A DNA stretch of 63,801 nt, filler included, from Octopus bimaculoides (taxonomy: Eukaryota), in the NCBI RefSeq assembly GCF_001194135.2. It is 6 parts of 6 records of this genome, joined end to end, with 100 filler letters (N's around TTAATTAATTAA, not from the genome) between each part and the next. Parts side by side here need not be neighbours in the genome. Positions count along the whole stretch, not along the records: positions 61,549 to 63,801 come from NC_068981.1; 5 more parts are not named here. One strand, written 5' to 3'. The position numbers and the translations under genes were made by a program. Numbering within the stretch: position 1 is the stretch's first letter; the number at the start of each line of letters is the position of its first letter. The notes below the pieces were generated by a model, which worked only from the letters and a program-made list of their open reading frames with translations, did no database searches and was not told the origin of the DNA. Below, piece after piece: positions 62,876-63,801 of this stretch.

Positions 62876-63254
62876 GTGGAGGCGCAATGGCCCAGTGATT
62901 AGGGCAGCGGACTCGCGGTCATAGGATCGCGGTTTCAATTCCCAGACCAGGCGTTGTGAGTGTTTATTGAGCGAAAACACCTAAAGCTCCACGAGGCTCC
63001 GGCAGGGGATGGTGGCGAACCCTGCTGTACTCTTTCACCACAACTTTCTCTCACTCTTACTTCCTGTTTCTGTTGTGCCTGTAATTCAAAGGGCCAGGCT
63101 TGTCACTCTGTGTCACGCTGAATATCCCCGAGAACTACGTTAAGGGTACACGTGTCTGTGGAGTGCTCAGCCACTTGCACGTTAATTTCAAGAGCAGACT
63201 GTTCCGTTGATCGGATCAACTGGAACCCTCGACGTCGAAAGCTACGGAGTGTCA
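62876..63254 (+). mobile_element. Full-length SINE family C with TSD
   Basis: TSD acaactagagttcaca (62860-62875) / acaactagagtccata (63255-63270). Confidence 0.9.
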
Positions 63255-63611
63255 ACAACTAGAGTCCATAACAATTCAAATAAGTGTTGGATTTTTATCA
63301 TAGACATGGCATAAAAAATAGCCAATATCTCAAAGAGTGAGTGTCGTAGAATTTTAACCAATGAGATTACCAACAATTATGCTTGTTCGGGCAAACGACC
63401 ATTACGTCATATTGCCACATTTTATGACTTGCTACAATATTTGTGGGCTTATGAGGAAAAAGTATAACATGCCTAGACAAAGGAAGTTTTACCTGCAGTT
63501 TTTACTGTAACTACTTTGACATTTTTATTGCGTTTGTCATCTTTTATCGTCTATCTTTTTACTTGTTTCTGTCATTAGACTGCGGCCATGACTTTCTAAA
63601 ATGAAATTCCA

Positions 63612-63688
63612 TTATGCAGCTGAGGAGTACATTTTCATTGTACTACATGAATAAATGGAGCTTGTACGAAACATACGTACTGCTATAA
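63612..63688 (+). ncRNA. Type I hammerhead ribozyme fold
   Basis: UUAUGCAG-CUGAGGA-GUACA...UGUAC-GAAA-C AUAC G-UA-CUGC(U)AUAA. Stem I 4+4 bp with a 1-nt bulge; intact core; 5-bp stem II closed by G-C; 2-bp stem III with 4-nt loop; GUA triplet, predicted cleavage after 63679. Confidence 0.65.
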
Positions 63689-63801
63689 CCTATTGAATTT
63701 TTGTTGCTTTTCTTCAAATTTTATTCACGAAATCTCTTGATTTTGTCTTTGGTTTTTACCCTACCAAATTCTGGTGCCTCAAACATTTTAAGTACCACAT
63801 T

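Noticed and set aside
62876-62955. tRNA-like A and B boxes as a tRNA gene
   Set aside because: Continues into a SINE body with tail and TSD, so it is a SINE head.

Overview
AT-rich, microsatellite-dense animal genomic DNA. The SINE repertoire, a molluscan-type paramyosin exon and the repeat density suggest an octopod cephalopod (inference). The recognisable host gene is a Dscam-like Ig cell-adhesion gene on the + strand, with two phase-compatible exons (245-403, Ig6 C-terminal half; 6546-6703, Ig7 N-terminal half). I found no further Dscam exon. The rest is intron/intergenic DNA packed with tRNA-derived SINEs, decayed DNA transposons (pogo-like, hAT, DD37D maT, mariner/piggyBac/Charlie-type MITEs), decayed RTE/CR1/RLE LINE pieces and minisatellites. 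Five artificial N44-TTAATTAATTAA-N44 spacers split the window into six blocks whose adjacency is not guaranteed. Most interesting: (1) two complete type I hammerhead ribozyme folds (48342-48405 minus, 63612-63688 plus) plus several decayed relatives, mostly in microsatellite-flanked modules resembling Penelope-like/retrozyme elements; (2) an intact paramyosin exon inside the Dscam intron, on a small gap-flanked contig; (3) a CpG-depleted block (52643-61448) with candidate antisense exons; (4) several long palindromes/inverted repeats. All calls were made by eye, no database search was run, and most repeat boundaries are approximate.
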